Under the pieces are notes generated by a model, which was not told the origin of the DNA, did not search any database, and saw only the letters and a program-made list of their open reading frames with translations. The position numbers and the translations under genes are program-made. A DNA stretch of 64,000 bases from NCBI GenBank assembly GCA_045105515.1, contig JBGCDR010000177.1, forward strand, positions 1 to 64,000. Direction: 5' to 3'. Source of the DNA: Oligoflexales bacterium (lineage in GTDB: Bacteria > Bdellovibrionota_B > Oligoflexia > Oligoflexales > Bog-1112). Positions 50,922-61,344 of the stretch are shown here, one piece after another; position 1 is the stretch's first letter, and every line of letters starts with the position of its first letter.

Positions 50922-51473
50922 TTATCTATCAAGCTTTATCTGTTTAAGTCCATCTTGAACCCAATGATGGATCAAATTTCTTTCTGCCTTGGATAGGCCT
51001 GCTTGCCAAAAGATGATGGTCCACCACGGAGGAGGCATGGAACCTTGGCAGATGCTTTGGTCAAGATCAAGCAATGATTTGAGAATGGATTTTGTACCGA
51101 TGAAAGGAAAGCCAACGCTAAGATCAAGAGCCTTGAGAGCTCTTTTAAAATTTCTATTTATTAGCTTATTAATGACAGGCATCTTAAAATACCATTTTAT
51201 TTTATGATTAGGTGTGTGGCAGCCAAAGCATTTGCGTGAAAATATCGGCTCTATTTCATGGATATAATCCTTTTCAAGTGAGCTTATGACTGAATAGGAT
51301 GGAACATTGTGTATACCTTCAACGAATGCCGATGCAGGTTTTTTAGGTAATGAACTATGCCCAACTGAGAAAGCTAGGGTAGGAGCAACAATGAATAATG
51401 CTTGGATAATGTGAATTACGAGCTTTTGTAGATTGTGAGAATAAGTATTGTTGAGTCTAAGTAGTTTTTCCAT
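50922..51473 (-). CDS. Haem-binding domain c-type cytochrome (Haem_bd-like)
   Basis: CFGCH haem motif, WY..MP, distal MPP, LS.AE...I..W. Confidence 0.8.
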   Translation of the reverse strand: MEKLLRLNNTYSHNLQKLVIHIIQALFIVAPTLAFSVGHSSLPKKPASAFVEGIHNVPSYSVISSLEKDYIHEIEPIFSRKCFGCHTPNHKIKWYFKMPVINKLINRNFKRALKALDLSVGFPFIGTKSILKSLLDLDQSICQGSMPPPWWTIIFWQAGLSKAERNLIHHWVQDGLKQIKLDR

Positions 51474-51485
51474 TGACCATCAGTT

Positions 51486-52007
51486 TCAGGAAGCTTGGCT
51501 GCCATCATCATCTTTGGGCTCAGGGCTGCTGCCTTGTTTACCTGCTAAAGTGTCGGATAGATCATTTAAATCTTGAGCAAGCTCTTCGAAAGCATCACCT
51601 TTGCGTAGGATTGTTTTTGCAAAAAACTCACCTTTTCCTAAAGCTTTTACATGCCTACGAAAAGCATAAGTAGGGCCTATCATCTTGTGGGTATACCATA
51701 CGGAAATAGTCAAATTAATAGCAATGTAGAGAGAAATAGTAAGGAGAATCCACCAGGACATGTCCTGGACGTAATTAAGCAGGACTTCTTCAACTTCATC
51801 TTCAACATCTGTTAGCTGTACGATCAACGAGACTATCTCGCCCATCTTAACATAAACAATACTAACCAATGAGGTTAGAAGCAGGATTGCTAGTAGGACC
51901 ATGTAAGCACCTAGCCTAATCTGAATATTGGGCATCAAAAGGAAGTTTTTTATCCTGCGCGCTGACCTGCCTTGTTCTCCACTTCGGGTTTCGGTGTTTT
52001 CGCCCAT
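51486..52007 (-). CDS. Two-TM membrane protein with HAMP-like segment
   Basis: RR..FL....Q, two TMs, THK..GP...F.R......G......LRKGD.FEELA..LN. Confidence 0.7.
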   Translation of the reverse strand: MGENTETRSGEQGRSARRIKNFLLMPNIQIRLGAYMVLLAILLLTSLVSIVYVKMGEIVSLIVQLTDVEDEVEEVLLNYVQDMSWWILLTISLYIAINLTISVWYTHKMIGPTYAFRRHVKALGKGEFFAKTILRKGDAFEELAQDLNDLSDTLAGKQGSSPEPKDDDGSQAS

Positions 52008-52030
52008 ATCAAGTGTTCCTATATAGTTTA

Positions 52031-53002
52031 TTAAAAAGCATTGAAATCAAAAGTTAGTTTGCCGACCATGTTGCGACCAATTGAAAATTGCATCCCTTTC
52101 AGTTCCTGATGAATACAGTTTACTAGCTGAGAGTCATTAAGTGTTCCGCCGATATGACGAATTTTGCTCATCGTTCCTGTACTTTTTACTAGAATGAATC
52201 CATATACGATTTTACCACGTAGATTTCCTGTGTCATCTAGGCGGTTTTTGTAGCACTTACGAAAATATGGGTCATGGGAAACTATAATTTGATTCACAGC
52301 TCTTGCTTTATTATTGTCCTTAAGCAAGTCCAGAGTCCATTTCAATGAAATTGTTCTGATCATCCGTGTTTGAACTCTTAATTCGTCCTTTTTTTCATAG
52401 TTATTTTTAGCTTTTTCGATGAGTTGCTTACCCGCTAAGACCTTTTGGACTGCACCTGTAAAACCGTTGAAAACAGCAGCTGCAGAATCTTCTGCACGAT
52501 TTCCGTTTGACTTATAGGTGTTTTTACCCATACGGAACTTGACATCTAAACTATTTTTGTTTTTCAGGCTGACTTTCCATTTACCAAAATTAGAAATGCT
52601 TAATCTTTTTACAAGCAGACTTCTGCGGTTTTTACGACTTGACTTCCAAATCAACCTAGCAGATCCCGTGGTGACTTCTATTGCAACAATGAAATATTTT
52701 CCTGATGGCACTTTCCAAACAGAAGGAGAAGTTCCTGGCTCAAATTTATCAAAACTCTCAGTGAGCTTGAACTTTTTCTTGCTTAGAGGATTATAAAAAA
52801 TCAATGAAACCTTAGTATTGACATTTAGTTTTGATCCTAGGCCTTGTGGCTCAAGATAAACATAGAAAGCACCTTCCTTTTTGCTAAAATATTCACCTTG
52901 CCATGAGAAAATATTTGCCAATGCAGCAAAAGATTGCTGTTGTGAAAGTAAAAGCAAGTTGATGCTTATTACAATTTTTGATGCTTTTAGGAAGAAAGAC
53001 AT
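52031..53002 (-). CDS. Exported protein with AgmX/PglI (TonB-like) C-terminal domain
   Basis: Signal peptide; C-terminal 'FRKCY..RL....L.GKI...F....G......GTLND..L.NCI.......F'. Confidence 0.7.
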   Translation of the reverse strand: MSFFLKASKIVISINLLLLSQQQSFAALANIFSWQGEYFSKKEGAFYVYLEPQGLGSKLNVNTKVSLIFYNPLSKKKFKLTESFDKFEPGTSPSVWKVPSGKYFIVAIEVTTGSARLIWKSSRKNRRSLLVKRLSISNFGKWKVSLKNKNSLDVKFRMGKNTYKSNGNRAEDSAAAVFNGFTGAVQKVLAGKQLIEKAKNNYEKKDELRVQTRMIRTISLKWTLDLLKDNNKARAVNQIIVSHDPYFRKCYKNRLDDTGNLRGKIVYGFILVKSTGTMSKIRHIGGTLNDSQLVNCIHQELKGMQFSIGRNMVGKLTFDFNAF

Positions 53003-53043
53003 AAGTGTGATTAGAGTTGTTGAGTTGTTTAATACTGAGGATT

Positions 53044-54381
53044 TTATTCTACCACACTTTGTACAACTTTGGTTTTTTTTAATGTAAGGTAATTAAATAC
53101 CCACCTTTTGATTGTGATCCCATCAGGATCGCTCATGTAAAAAGTTGTCGCAAACGCTATAAAGATACTTGCAGGAATGATGCCTAAGCCAAACCGATAT
53201 GATGAATCCAAGTATACTTCGAAGCCATCAAGTACCCCGGTCCCTTCGTCTGATGAGATCATGATACCAATTAGGGTCTGCAAAATAGGTGCAGCCAACA
53301 TCATTATCATATTTGTGGCTCCGATTGCAGCTCCTCCAATCCTATTGGGAATGGATTTAGCAATCAAAGTAAAGCTTAGCTGATAAGCTGCTGAGCAAAA
53401 ACCCATTAAAAAAGCAAGAAGGTACAGTGAAGAAATGGAAAGGTTTAGGTAAAGAAAAAAAATTGAGAAAGTGAAGCTTAACCCACTTCCTAAACTCATG
53501 ATTGAAGCAACACTAAATTTTTTTGCTAACCATCCTATTACTAGGCTACAAATAGCAATGCCGATATAAATTGTTGAACTAATTGAAGTTGCTTTTACTA
53601 TATCAAGCTTATAAGCGCTACTCAGGAAAGGAATCGACCATAGAGCCACGAAAACTGAAACAATGGTGAATACTCCAGCACTATACATGCCTGCAAGCCA
53701 AACTTCGCGACGTCTTAGAACTTCTTGCAAGTCTCCTAAAACTCTGTTTGCTGTTCGTACTGAGCTTTTACCCTTCTGGTCAATATCTTCTAAGTGCATT
53801 ACCATAACGAGTAGCTGACCGATTGCAAGTAGGGCACAAAAGCCTAAGGCAACCCTCCATCCAAACCGTAATGTGATAATAGAGAGAATATTGTTGCTTG
53901 TTGCCACCCCAACCATGCAAAGACATTCGGCAATTGCCGCGATTGCTGCAAATTGCCTCAGAGGAAACCACATTTTAATGCCAAACATTAAACCTACAAA
54001 ACCAAAAGATGCTCCGAATCCTATTACGACCCGACTCAATATCGCAGTTTCTAGGTTGGGAGAAAATGCTAGGCCCAAACACCCTAGTACAAGTATTGAG
54101 TTTGCAATAATGGCTACGCGCCTAATCCCAAAACGGTCATAAATCATTCCAGCAGGTATCTGCATAAGAATATAGGAAATAAAAAAACTCGATGAGAGTA
54201 GGCTGACACCAGTAGCATCAGTATTGAAACTATCTTTGATACCCTCTGCAATTACTCCTACCGAACCTTGCAGGAGAAGTTGGAGTACGCTGTAAAAACT
54301 CATGATTGACCAGGCCACCCATGATGCAGGGTTTCTCAGCATCTCTTCTTTGACTCTCAATCTACCAATTATTACCTTCAT
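53044..54381 (-). CDS. MFS transporter
   Basis: About 12 TMs, motif A QIPAGMIYDRFGIRR, SR...GFG, WFP, GWR. Confidence 0.92.
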   Translation of the reverse strand: MKVIIGRLRVKEEMLRNPASWVAWSIMSFYSVLQLLLQGSVGVIAEGIKDSFNTDATGVSLLSSSFFISYILMQIPAGMIYDRFGIRRVAIIANSILVLGCLGLAFSPNLETAILSRVVIGFGASFGFVGLMFGIKMWFPLRQFAAIAAIAECLCMVGVATSNNILSIITLRFGWRVALGFCALLAIGQLLVMVMHLEDIDQKGKSSVRTANRVLGDLQEVLRRREVWLAGMYSAGVFTIVSVFVALWSIPFLSSAYKLDIVKATSISSTIYIGIAICSLVIGWLAKKFSVASIMSLGSGLSFTFSIFFLYLNLSISSLYLLAFLMGFCSAAYQLSFTLIAKSIPNRIGGAAIGATNMIMMLAAPILQTLIGIMISSDEGTGVLDGFEVYLDSSYRFGLGIIPASIFIAFATTFYMSDPDGITIKRWVFNYLTLKKTKVVQSVVE

Positions 54382-54862
54382 CTTTGTCCCCCATAAAAAA
54401 CTGTTTATGGACAAAAAATTTTAAAATAATGGCCGAAAAAATAGGTTCAAAGAAAGTCGTATTTTACCGAATTATTGTAAATTTGATAATTCGTAAACTA
54501 TCGAATAATTTGGTGATTATGCTTGTATTTAAAAAAAGCCTAAACGGGAGAAGGCAAACTTAATAAAGCTGTGCAATCACATAGATGAGTTGTAACTACT
54601 TTTCTTTTTCTCACTACTCTAAGACCGATATCAGTCTCAGCAATAAGAGAAATTCTTCAAATAATCAATCCTTTTTTTTTCAAAATAGCTAAAAAAAAAT
54701 GAACCGTATAAGTACCTATATTTAAGAATATAAATTGGGGGGAGGCATATGAAAACAGTCATAGGTATATGGAAGCTAAATCCGAACTTGGGCAAAACTT
54801 TTATGGAAGCTAGAGCACTACCTCTTATTTTGTCCAGCTGGCCAAGGCCCTATGAGGGCTCT

Positions 54863-55123
54863 CTATCTGAGATCATTAGCTTGATGATTAAACTTGGGTA
54901 ATCCTGCGATCTGATCAACAGCAAGAATATTGATAGACTGATCTTCTTGGTGGAAAAAAATTTTTGCTGTCCCGTTTTGCAGTTCCTTCGTTACAGCAGA
55001 AACCTTTTCATCAAGAGAAAACTCGAGCATTCCATAGTCGGTGCCTTCGCGACTACAGTACTCTTCTACAAGGCCAACAATAGCCTCTTCACTAAGCTTG
55101 TGCATGGGGACTTCAACGTACAT
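54863..55123 (-). CDS. YheU/UPF0270 family protein
   Basis: P...LS.EA..GLVEEY.SREGTDYG..E.SL.EKV..V...L..G.A.I.F. Confidence 0.9.
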   Translation of the reverse strand: MYVEVPMHKLSEEAIVGLVEEYCSREGTDYGMLEFSLDEKVSAVTKELQNGTAKIFFHQEDQSINILAVDQIAGLPKFNHQANDLR

Positions 55124-55401
55124 ATGTCATATCTCACTTAGAATATCTTGATATCTATGATAAAAATTTATTAAATTGAACTATAAATAATAAAATAGAC
55201 TAAATAAATTCATTTTATTTAAAATGCATTGATATATAAAGTAAAAATATCATCATTTATATTAAAATAATAAAAAATCAATATATTTTATTATACAATC
55301 TATTCTTATTTAAAAAAATTAATGGTAATTTCAATTTATAAATTTTACTCCCTTAAATCATATATTTTATATTTATCTCAATCTTGAACTGCAATCTAAG
55401 C

Positions 55402-55428
55402 TAAACCTTCAGCCCCCCTAGTCGATGA
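55402..55428 (+). promoter_or_regulatory. Sigma28 (FliA) promoter of flagellin
   Basis: TAAA-N15-GTCGATGA, compared with consensus TAAA-N15-GCCGATAA, about 75 nt upstream of fliC. Confidence 0.8.
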
Positions 55429-55502
55429 TTCTGGTGTGATTATTATTACATGCCCAGTCAAATCACAAGATGTGGTTTTAAAGGACAGACAGGAGGTTTA
55501 AG

Positions 55503-56420
55503 ATGGGTTTGCGCATAAATACTAATGTTAGTTCAATTAACTCCCAAAGACAATTAGGGAAAACCACCCGAAAGCTGCAGGCCTCGATGGCAAAACTGTC
55601 TTCTGGTGAGCGAATCAATCGCTCTGCAGATGATGCAGCTGGACTAGCTGTATCAGAAAATTTGAAAGCGGATATACGTTCTTTGAATATGGCAAAGCGT
55701 AATTCAAACGATGGTATTTCACTCGTTCAAACTGCTGAAGGTGGTCTGATGGAAGTAAGTTCCATGCTAGTTAGACTAAGAGAACTAGCGATTCAAGCTG
55801 CTTCTGATACAATTGGCAATCGTGAAAGAGAGTTTGTTGATAAAGAATTCTTACAGTTAAAAGATGAGATTGATCGAATTGCAGCTTCCACCGAATTTAA
55901 CGGAACGCGCTTATTAGTAGGCCAAAAAGAGCTGGCAGAGGATATGGGTAACAATGACAATCCGTTTCCTCTTGAAATTCAGGTTAGTAAAGACTACTAC
56001 CCAGAAACTGACGCCATTGATGCGCGTAACCCAGTGAACATTATCAAGATTGATTTTGGTAATATAAATGCCTTTACTTCTGGAGAAGGTTCTCTGGGTC
56101 TTGGAGAGCATGAAGAGGGAACTAGGGTTAACAATAAACAAAATGCTCAACAGAGTATTGCAACTATTGATCAAGCGATCTTCAAGGTAAACGACTATCG
56201 TTCTTATTTAGGATCAGTTCAAAACCGTCTTACCTCTTCGGTAAGAAACTTAGAGGTGCAGTCTGAAAACCTAAGCGAAGCACGAAGCCGCATCAGAGAC
56301 ACAGATTTTGCTTCTGAAACTGCGAAGTTAACGCAACAAAACATCTTGCAGCAGGCAGGAACATCGGTTTTGTCGAATGCCAATAGTCAGCCTCAAATTG
56401 CATTAAGTCTTCTAGGCTAA
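55503..56420 (+). CDS. fliC: Flagellin
   Basis: MGLRINTNV, LSSG.RIN..ADDAAGLA, N..DGIS..QTAEG, RIRDTDFA.E, ILQQAGTSVL..AN..PQ.AL.LL. Confidence 0.98.
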   Translation: MGLRINTNVSSINSQRQLGKTTRKLQASMAKLSSGERINRSADDAAGLAVSENLKADIRSLNMAKRNSNDGISLVQTAEGGLMEVSSMLVRLRELAIQAASDTIGNREREFVDKEFLQLKDEIDRIAASTEFNGTRLLVGQKELAEDMGNNDNPFPLEIQVSKDYYPETDAIDARNPVNIIKIDFGNINAFTSGEGSLGLGEHEEGTRVNNKQNAQQSIATIDQAIFKVNDYRSYLGSVQNRLTSSVRNLEVQSENLSEARSRIRDTDFASETAKLTQQNILQQAGTSVLSNANSQPQIALSLLG

Positions 56421-56431
56421 GCGGGATTTAG

Positions 56432-56457
56432 GAATGGGCATAATTTAATGCCCATTC
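56432..56457. terminator. Probable bidirectional terminator between convergent fliC and pdhC
   Basis: Perfect 10-bp stem GAATGGGCAT-N6-ATGCCCATTC. Confidence 0.8.
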
Positions 56458-56463
56458 TTATTC

Positions 56464-57723
56464 CTAGCTCATCATGAAAAGTGGATTCTCAAGGTAAGAG
56501 ATTAAAGTCTCGAGGAATTTAGCCCCTACCATCCCATCAACTACCCGATGATCGCAAGATAGGGTCATTTTCATACGAGTTTGCACCACCAGCTCACCGC
56601 TTTTGTTCACATGAGGAGTGGGTTTACTGGTGCCAATTGCTAAAATACATGCCTGAGGGGGGTTGATAATTGCAGTAAACGATTCAACTGCGGTCATTCC
56701 AAGGTTAGAAATAGTAAAGGTTCCACCACTATACTCTTCTGGCTGGAGCTTTCCATCTTTTGCTTTGCCTGCCAGTTCCTTAGTCATTTTTGCGATGGTA
56801 CGTGCACCTAAGGTTTCAGTGTATGGAATTACTGGAGTGATAAGTCCTGTAGGCAGCGCAACTGCCATGGCGATGTGAATATTCCCATGTTCAAGGATGT
56901 AATCGTCATACCATGAAGCATTTACTTCTGGGTGCTTTTTCAATGCTTTTGCAGTTGCCATAATGATAAGATCGTTGAGGCTCACTTTAGGAAGCTCTTT
57001 GTTAACAACTTTGGGGTCTTGGTTAAGCCTTGCCCGCCATTCTGCCATCGCAGTCATGTCAGCCGAAACCGTCAAGTAAAAATGAGGTGCCTCGTTCTTA
57101 CCGGCCAATAGTCTTTTTGCTATGGTTTTTCGCATCATTGAATGTGGTTTTTTAACATCAGCAGCCGCATCTTTTAGCGCGCTAAGCTGACCTTGGCTTG
57201 TTCCTTGACTAGATTGTGAACCTAGATCTCTTTGAATAATTCTTCCGTTAGGGCCAGAACCTTCGATGCTCCCCAGATCAATTCCCTTATCAGCAGCTAT
57301 TTTCTTTGCTAAAGGAGATGCTTTGATACGACTGGAATTTGTTTCTGGTGATCCTGAATTGGTCTGGGTTTGGCTTCTAGTTTCTGCGGATTTTGGCTTT
57401 TGTTCATGCTCGGAAGTCGTTTCTAACTTTTCCTGAGGAGTCTCTTGGCTTTCGCTGGCTAGCTCATTTAAGTTGAAAGCTTCCCCCTGGGTACCCATCA
57501 CTGCAATGGGCTTGCGTAGTGGTACGGTTGACCCTTCCTTTACCAATATTTTTAGCAAAGTCCCCTCTTCAGGGCTTGCATATTCCATGGTGGCTTTATC
57601 AGTTTCAATAGCTAAAAGAAGTTCACCTTCTTCGACAAAGTCCCCTTCTTTTTTGAACCATTCTGAAACTCCGCCTTCCTCCATCGTGTCACTCAATTTT
57701 GGCATATCAATTAATATCGCCAT
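56464..57723 (-). CDS. pdhC: Pyruvate dehydrogenase E2 dihydrolipoamide acetyltransferase
   Basis: Lipoyl domain MPKLSDTMEEG...ETDKATME, ASPLA.K.A E3-binding segment, GGTFTISNLG, DHRVVDG. Confidence 0.96.
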   Translation of the reverse strand: MAILIDMPKLSDTMEEGGVSEWFKKEGDFVEEGELLLAIETDKATMEYASPEEGTLLKILVKEGSTVPLRKPIAVMGTQGEAFNLNELASESQETPQEKLETTSEHEQKPKSAETRSQTQTNSGSPETNSSRIKASPLAKKIAADKGIDLGSIEGSGPNGRIIQRDLGSQSSQGTSQGQLSALKDAAADVKKPHSMMRKTIAKRLLAGKNEAPHFYLTVSADMTAMAEWRARLNQDPKVVNKELPKVSLNDLIIMATAKALKKHPEVNASWYDDYILEHGNIHIAMAVALPTGLITPVIPYTETLGARTIAKMTKELAGKAKDGKLQPEEYSGGTFTISNLGMTAVESFTAIINPPQACILAIGTSKPTPHVNKSGELVVQTRMKMTLSCDHRVVDGMVGAKFLETLISYLENPLFMMS

Positions 57724-57751
57724 TTTGATACTTCTCCCCTATGTTAATAGC

Positions 57752-58732
57752 TTAGTTGCGGTAACATACTTTCTTTACGGCTTTGATTAGGTCCTCTTTG
57801 CTCGGCAGAGCTTCCTCTTCAAGATTTTCTGCATAGGGGACGGGAACCGGTTTTTGGGAAACTCTCTCTATGGGGGCATCAAGCTCATCAAAACAAGCAG
57901 ATTGGATTCTGTCAGAAATCTGCGAACCTACGGAAGAAAAAGGCCAGTTTTCTTCGAAAATTACAACTCTATGGGTCTTGCGCACTGAGGTAAATATGAT
58001 CTCTTCATCTAGAGGTACCAAGGTGCGAGGATCCACAAGCTCAACAGAAATTCCATCTGATTCAAGCTCTTTCACTGCTTCTAAAGCTTTATGTAAGATT
58101 TTCCCCCAGCTTATCAAAGTTATATCGTTGCCTTGGTGTTTCACTTCTCCTTTGCCAAGGGGTATCAGATGCTCGCCATCTGGAACATCGCCTTTAAAGC
58201 CGTACATCATTTCACTTTCAAGGAAAATAACAGGACTGTCATCCCGGATGGCAGATTTTAGTAAACCTTTGGCATCGCTAGGGGTTGCTATGGAGATGAC
58301 TTTGAGTCCAGGTACATTGCATAGCATTGGATCAACATTTTGGGAGTGTTGAGCTGAAAGCATATGCGCAGCTCCATTTGGTCCCCTAAAAACAATTGGA
58401 ATAGGAAACTGCCCACCGGACATATAGTTCATTTTAGCAGCATGGTTGATAATCTGATCGAAGGCTTGAATTCCAAAGTTCCAGGTCATCATTTCTATGA
58501 TAGGCCTTAGACCAGCCATTGCTGCGCCTACACCAAGTCCTGCAAAACCCCCTTCGGAGATTGGTGAGTCTATGACACGTCGAGAGCCAAACTTTTCCAG
58601 CATACCTTTAGAAACCTTGTATGCACCATTGTACTCCGCAACCTCCTCGCCCATCAAAAAAATGTTAGCATCCCGTTGCATTTCTTCGATCATCGCTTCG
58701 TTAAGAGCTTCGCGTATGGTTTTAATTGCCAT
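57752..58732 (-). CDS. pdhB: Pyruvate dehydrogenase E1 beta subunit
   Basis: REAL..A..EEM.RD, GEEVAEYNGAYKVSKG, DSPISE.GF.G, FRGPNGAA, AQHSQ; start at ATG 58732. Confidence 0.96.
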   Translation of the reverse strand: MAIKTIREALNEAMIEEMQRDANIFLMGEEVAEYNGAYKVSKGMLEKFGSRRVIDSPISEGGFAGLGVGAAMAGLRPIIEMMTWNFGIQAFDQIINHAAKMNYMSGGQFPIPIVFRGPNGAAHMLSAQHSQNVDPMLCNVPGLKVISIATPSDAKGLLKSAIRDDSPVIFLESEMMYGFKGDVPDGEHLIPLGKGEVKHQGNDITLISWGKILHKALEAVKELESDGISVELVDPRTLVPLDEEIIFTSVRKTHRVVIFEENWPFSSVGSQISDRIQSACFDELDAPIERVSQKPVPVPYAENLEEEALPSKEDLIKAVKKVCYRN

Positions 58733-58785
58733 GGTTAAGCCTTTATGTAGAGAAAATCTGTTAATAAATTTTTTCTTGTTGAAGT

Positions 58786-59769
58786 TTACCCAAAAACATG
58801 TAGCCAAACCTCATCAGGGGATGGTGCAGGAGCTTTATCTGCGATCTGCTCTGCAGACTTAACTTGCTCTTTCGCTTCTTTGTCCCAAGTTTTTAAATCT
58901 TCATTGCTCGCAAGTGATTGTTCAACCAGCAAAGCTCCCAGCTGGGTAATTGGATCTTGTTTTTGATACTCTTGTACTTCTTCCTTAGTCCGGTAGGTTG
59001 CAGGGTCGGAAACGGAGTGGCCTTTGTAGCGATAGGTTAGGACCTCAGCCAAATGCGGTTTGCGGTCTTGGCGCATTTGGTCGATGATAGGTTTCATGTG
59101 CCCGTAAACAGTCATACAGTTCATGCCGTCAACCTGCGAATGATCCATATCAAAAGCTAATGCACGTTTATATAGATGGTCAACACTGGTAGTACGATGA
59201 ATTTCAGTACCCATGCCATATTGATTATTTTCAATGACAAATAAAACCGGAAGGGACCAAGTAGCAGCCATATTCATAGCTTCAAATACTTGTCCTTGAT
59301 TCATAGCTGCATCGCCTAAATAACAAACCATTACTGCAGACTCTTCTTTGTACTTGATCGCAAATGCAGTCCCTACAGCGATAGGAGCCTGAGCTCCTAC
59401 AATTCCATGCCCACCAAAGAAACGCTTTTCTTTGCTAAACATATGCATTGAGCCACCTTTTCCGCGCGAGCAGCCAGTGGCCTTGCCAAAAAGTTCGGAA
59501 AAGACTTGTTCTGCTGGGATACCCTTCGCAATTGCCTGGGTGTGTGAACGGTAGGCTGATATGCAGTAGTCTTGATCATTCATAGCATGCTGAACTCCCA
59601 CGCATACTGCTTCTTGGCCGATATGGAGGTGGAGAAAACCTGAAAACTTTTGTTTCGTATAGGCTATATTTGCTCTCTCTTCGAAACGACGATAAAAAAG
59701 CATTTCTTTGTACATGGTAAGCATATCAGGAGCGGTGACCTTACTTTTACTATCTGTTTTTGGCATCAT
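58786..59769 (-). CDS. pdhA: Pyruvate dehydrogenase E1 alpha subunit
   Basis: GFLHL.IGQEA, GKGGSMH, GGHGIVG, GDAAMNQGQ, ENNQYGMGT, TYRYKGHSVSDP; ATG 59769 with GAGG RBS. Confidence 0.96.
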   Translation of the reverse strand: MMPKTDSKSKVTAPDMLTMYKEMLFYRRFEERANIAYTKQKFSGFLHLHIGQEAVCVGVQHAMNDQDYCISAYRSHTQAIAKGIPAEQVFSELFGKATGCSRGKGGSMHMFSKEKRFFGGHGIVGAQAPIAVGTAFAIKYKEESAVMVCYLGDAAMNQGQVFEAMNMAATWSLPVLFVIENNQYGMGTEIHRTTSVDHLYKRALAFDMDHSQVDGMNCMTVYGHMKPIIDQMRQDRKPHLAEVLTYRYKGHSVSDPATYRTKEEVQEYQKQDPITQLGALLVEQSLASNEDLKTWDKEAKEQVKSAEQIADKAPAPSPDEVWLHVFG

Positions 59770-59971
59770 AATCCAAACCTCGCTGCATGTGTATGATGAG
59801 GACAAAAAATCGTCTGAAAATAGGATGGTACCGCATGCAAGTTCAAGCATCCAATATTTAGAACGAAATTCCTTCGTACCTGATTTTTGTCAAAAAATAT
59901 TAGAATAATCTATAGAGAAACCGCAGGATGTTTAAACATAATGAGTGAACAACTGAAACCTCAGTTGTTCA

Positions 59972-61201
59972 CTAGATTTTTGCAAAAACAATACTGCCGT
60001 TTGTACCGCCAAAGCCAAATGAATTTGAAATACCTACGTCTATCTTTAAATCTCGAGCTGATCCGGGAATGTAGTCCAATGGACATTCGGGATCAACTTC
60101 CTGGAGGTTTGCTGTCGGAGGGGCCTTTTGTTCATGGATCGATTTTGCTAGAAATACGGCTTCGATGCCACCTGCTGCTCCAAGGCAGTGACCGGTGACC
60201 CCTTTCGTTGAAGAGACAGCTAGGTTTTTTGTGTGCTCCGAAAAAACGCGACTAATAGCTTGGGACTCATAAATATCATTGAAGTAAGTAGATGTACCAT
60301 GGGCGTTTATATAGTCTACCCTTTCTGGCAGTGTCTTCGCAGTTTTTAAAGCTGCTCTTAGGCATCTTTGAGCCCCTTCACCTTCGGGTGCTGGAGCAGT
60401 AATATGGTGAGCATCTCCAGACATTCCATACCCACTCATTTCACAGTATATCTTAGCATTACGAGCACGGGCATGCTCGTAGTCCTCCAGAATTAAAATT
60501 CCAGCACCTTCCCCCATAACAAAACCATCTCGGTTTACATCGAAGGGACGTGAAGCCTGTTGAGGGCTTTCATTACGCCTGCTTAAGGCTTTCATATTTT
60601 GGAATCCAGCAATGGCAAGCTCACAAAGAGACGCCTCTGCACCTCCGCATATCATTACATCTGCCATACCCGCTTTTATATGAAGCCATGCTTCACCTAT
60701 TCCGTGGGTACCACTGGTACAGGCTGTAGTGGTACATAAATTAGGGCCCTTCAGTTTGAAGGTATTGGCAACAATACCAGCTGCCATATTAGTGATGACA
60801 TAAGGTATAAAAAAAGGGCTGACTCTTTTGGGACCCTTCTCTTTGCAGGTGAGAGCCGTTGCATCTATATTCTGGATTGCCCCTATGCCGACCCCTATTG
60901 AGCACCCAAACGAAGTGGTATCACCTTCTAAGTTTAAACCAGCATGGTTGATGGCTTCTTTAGCTGCAGTAACAGCAAATTGTACAAAACGAGTAGATTT
61001 TTTAGCCTCTTTTGCCTCCATACTAAGGCTAGGGTCGAAGCCTTTAACCTCAGCAGCAATCTGCACACTTAAGCGTGAAGCATCGAAGGATTTGATAAGA
61101 TCAACCCCAGAATGCCCAGCAAGTGCGTTGTGCCAGGACTCCTCAAGAGTAAGGCCAATCGGAGAGACCATACCTAAACCAGTAACAACTACCCGCCTCA
61201 T
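59972..61201 (-). CDS. fabF: 3-oxoacyl-ACP synthase II
   Basis: MRRVVVTGLG, TACTSGTH.IG, RPFD..RDGFVMGEGAG, YINAHGTST, SNSFGFGGTN. Confidence 0.97.
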   Translation of the reverse strand: MRRVVVTGLGMVSPIGLTLEESWHNALAGHSGVDLIKSFDASRLSVQIAAEVKGFDPSLSMEAKEAKKSTRFVQFAVTAAKEAINHAGLNLEGDTTSFGCSIGVGIGAIQNIDATALTCKEKGPKRVSPFFIPYVITNMAAGIVANTFKLKGPNLCTTTACTSGTHGIGEAWLHIKAGMADVMICGGAEASLCELAIAGFQNMKALSRRNESPQQASRPFDVNRDGFVMGEGAGILILEDYEHARARNAKIYCEMSGYGMSGDAHHITAPAPEGEGAQRCLRAALKTAKTLPERVDYINAHGTSTYFNDIYESQAISRVFSEHTKNLAVSSTKGVTGHCLGAAGGIEAVFLAKSIHEQKAPPTANLQEVDPECPLDYIPGSARDLKIDVGISNSFGFGGTNGSIVFAKI

Positions 61202-61344
61202 TTACTACCTCAATTATCAAAAGTGAAGCTCTATCATTGAATTAAGAGCAAAGAAACCCATGGGGTATAGATTTTTCATGGGCTATTTCTAGTGTCTTTT
61301 TACCCAAAGCTAAAGGAATGGAGAAGTTAAAAGCAAATATTTTT

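Noticed and set aside
56464..59769. pdhABC without lpdA
   Set aside because: E3 is commonly encoded elsewhere.
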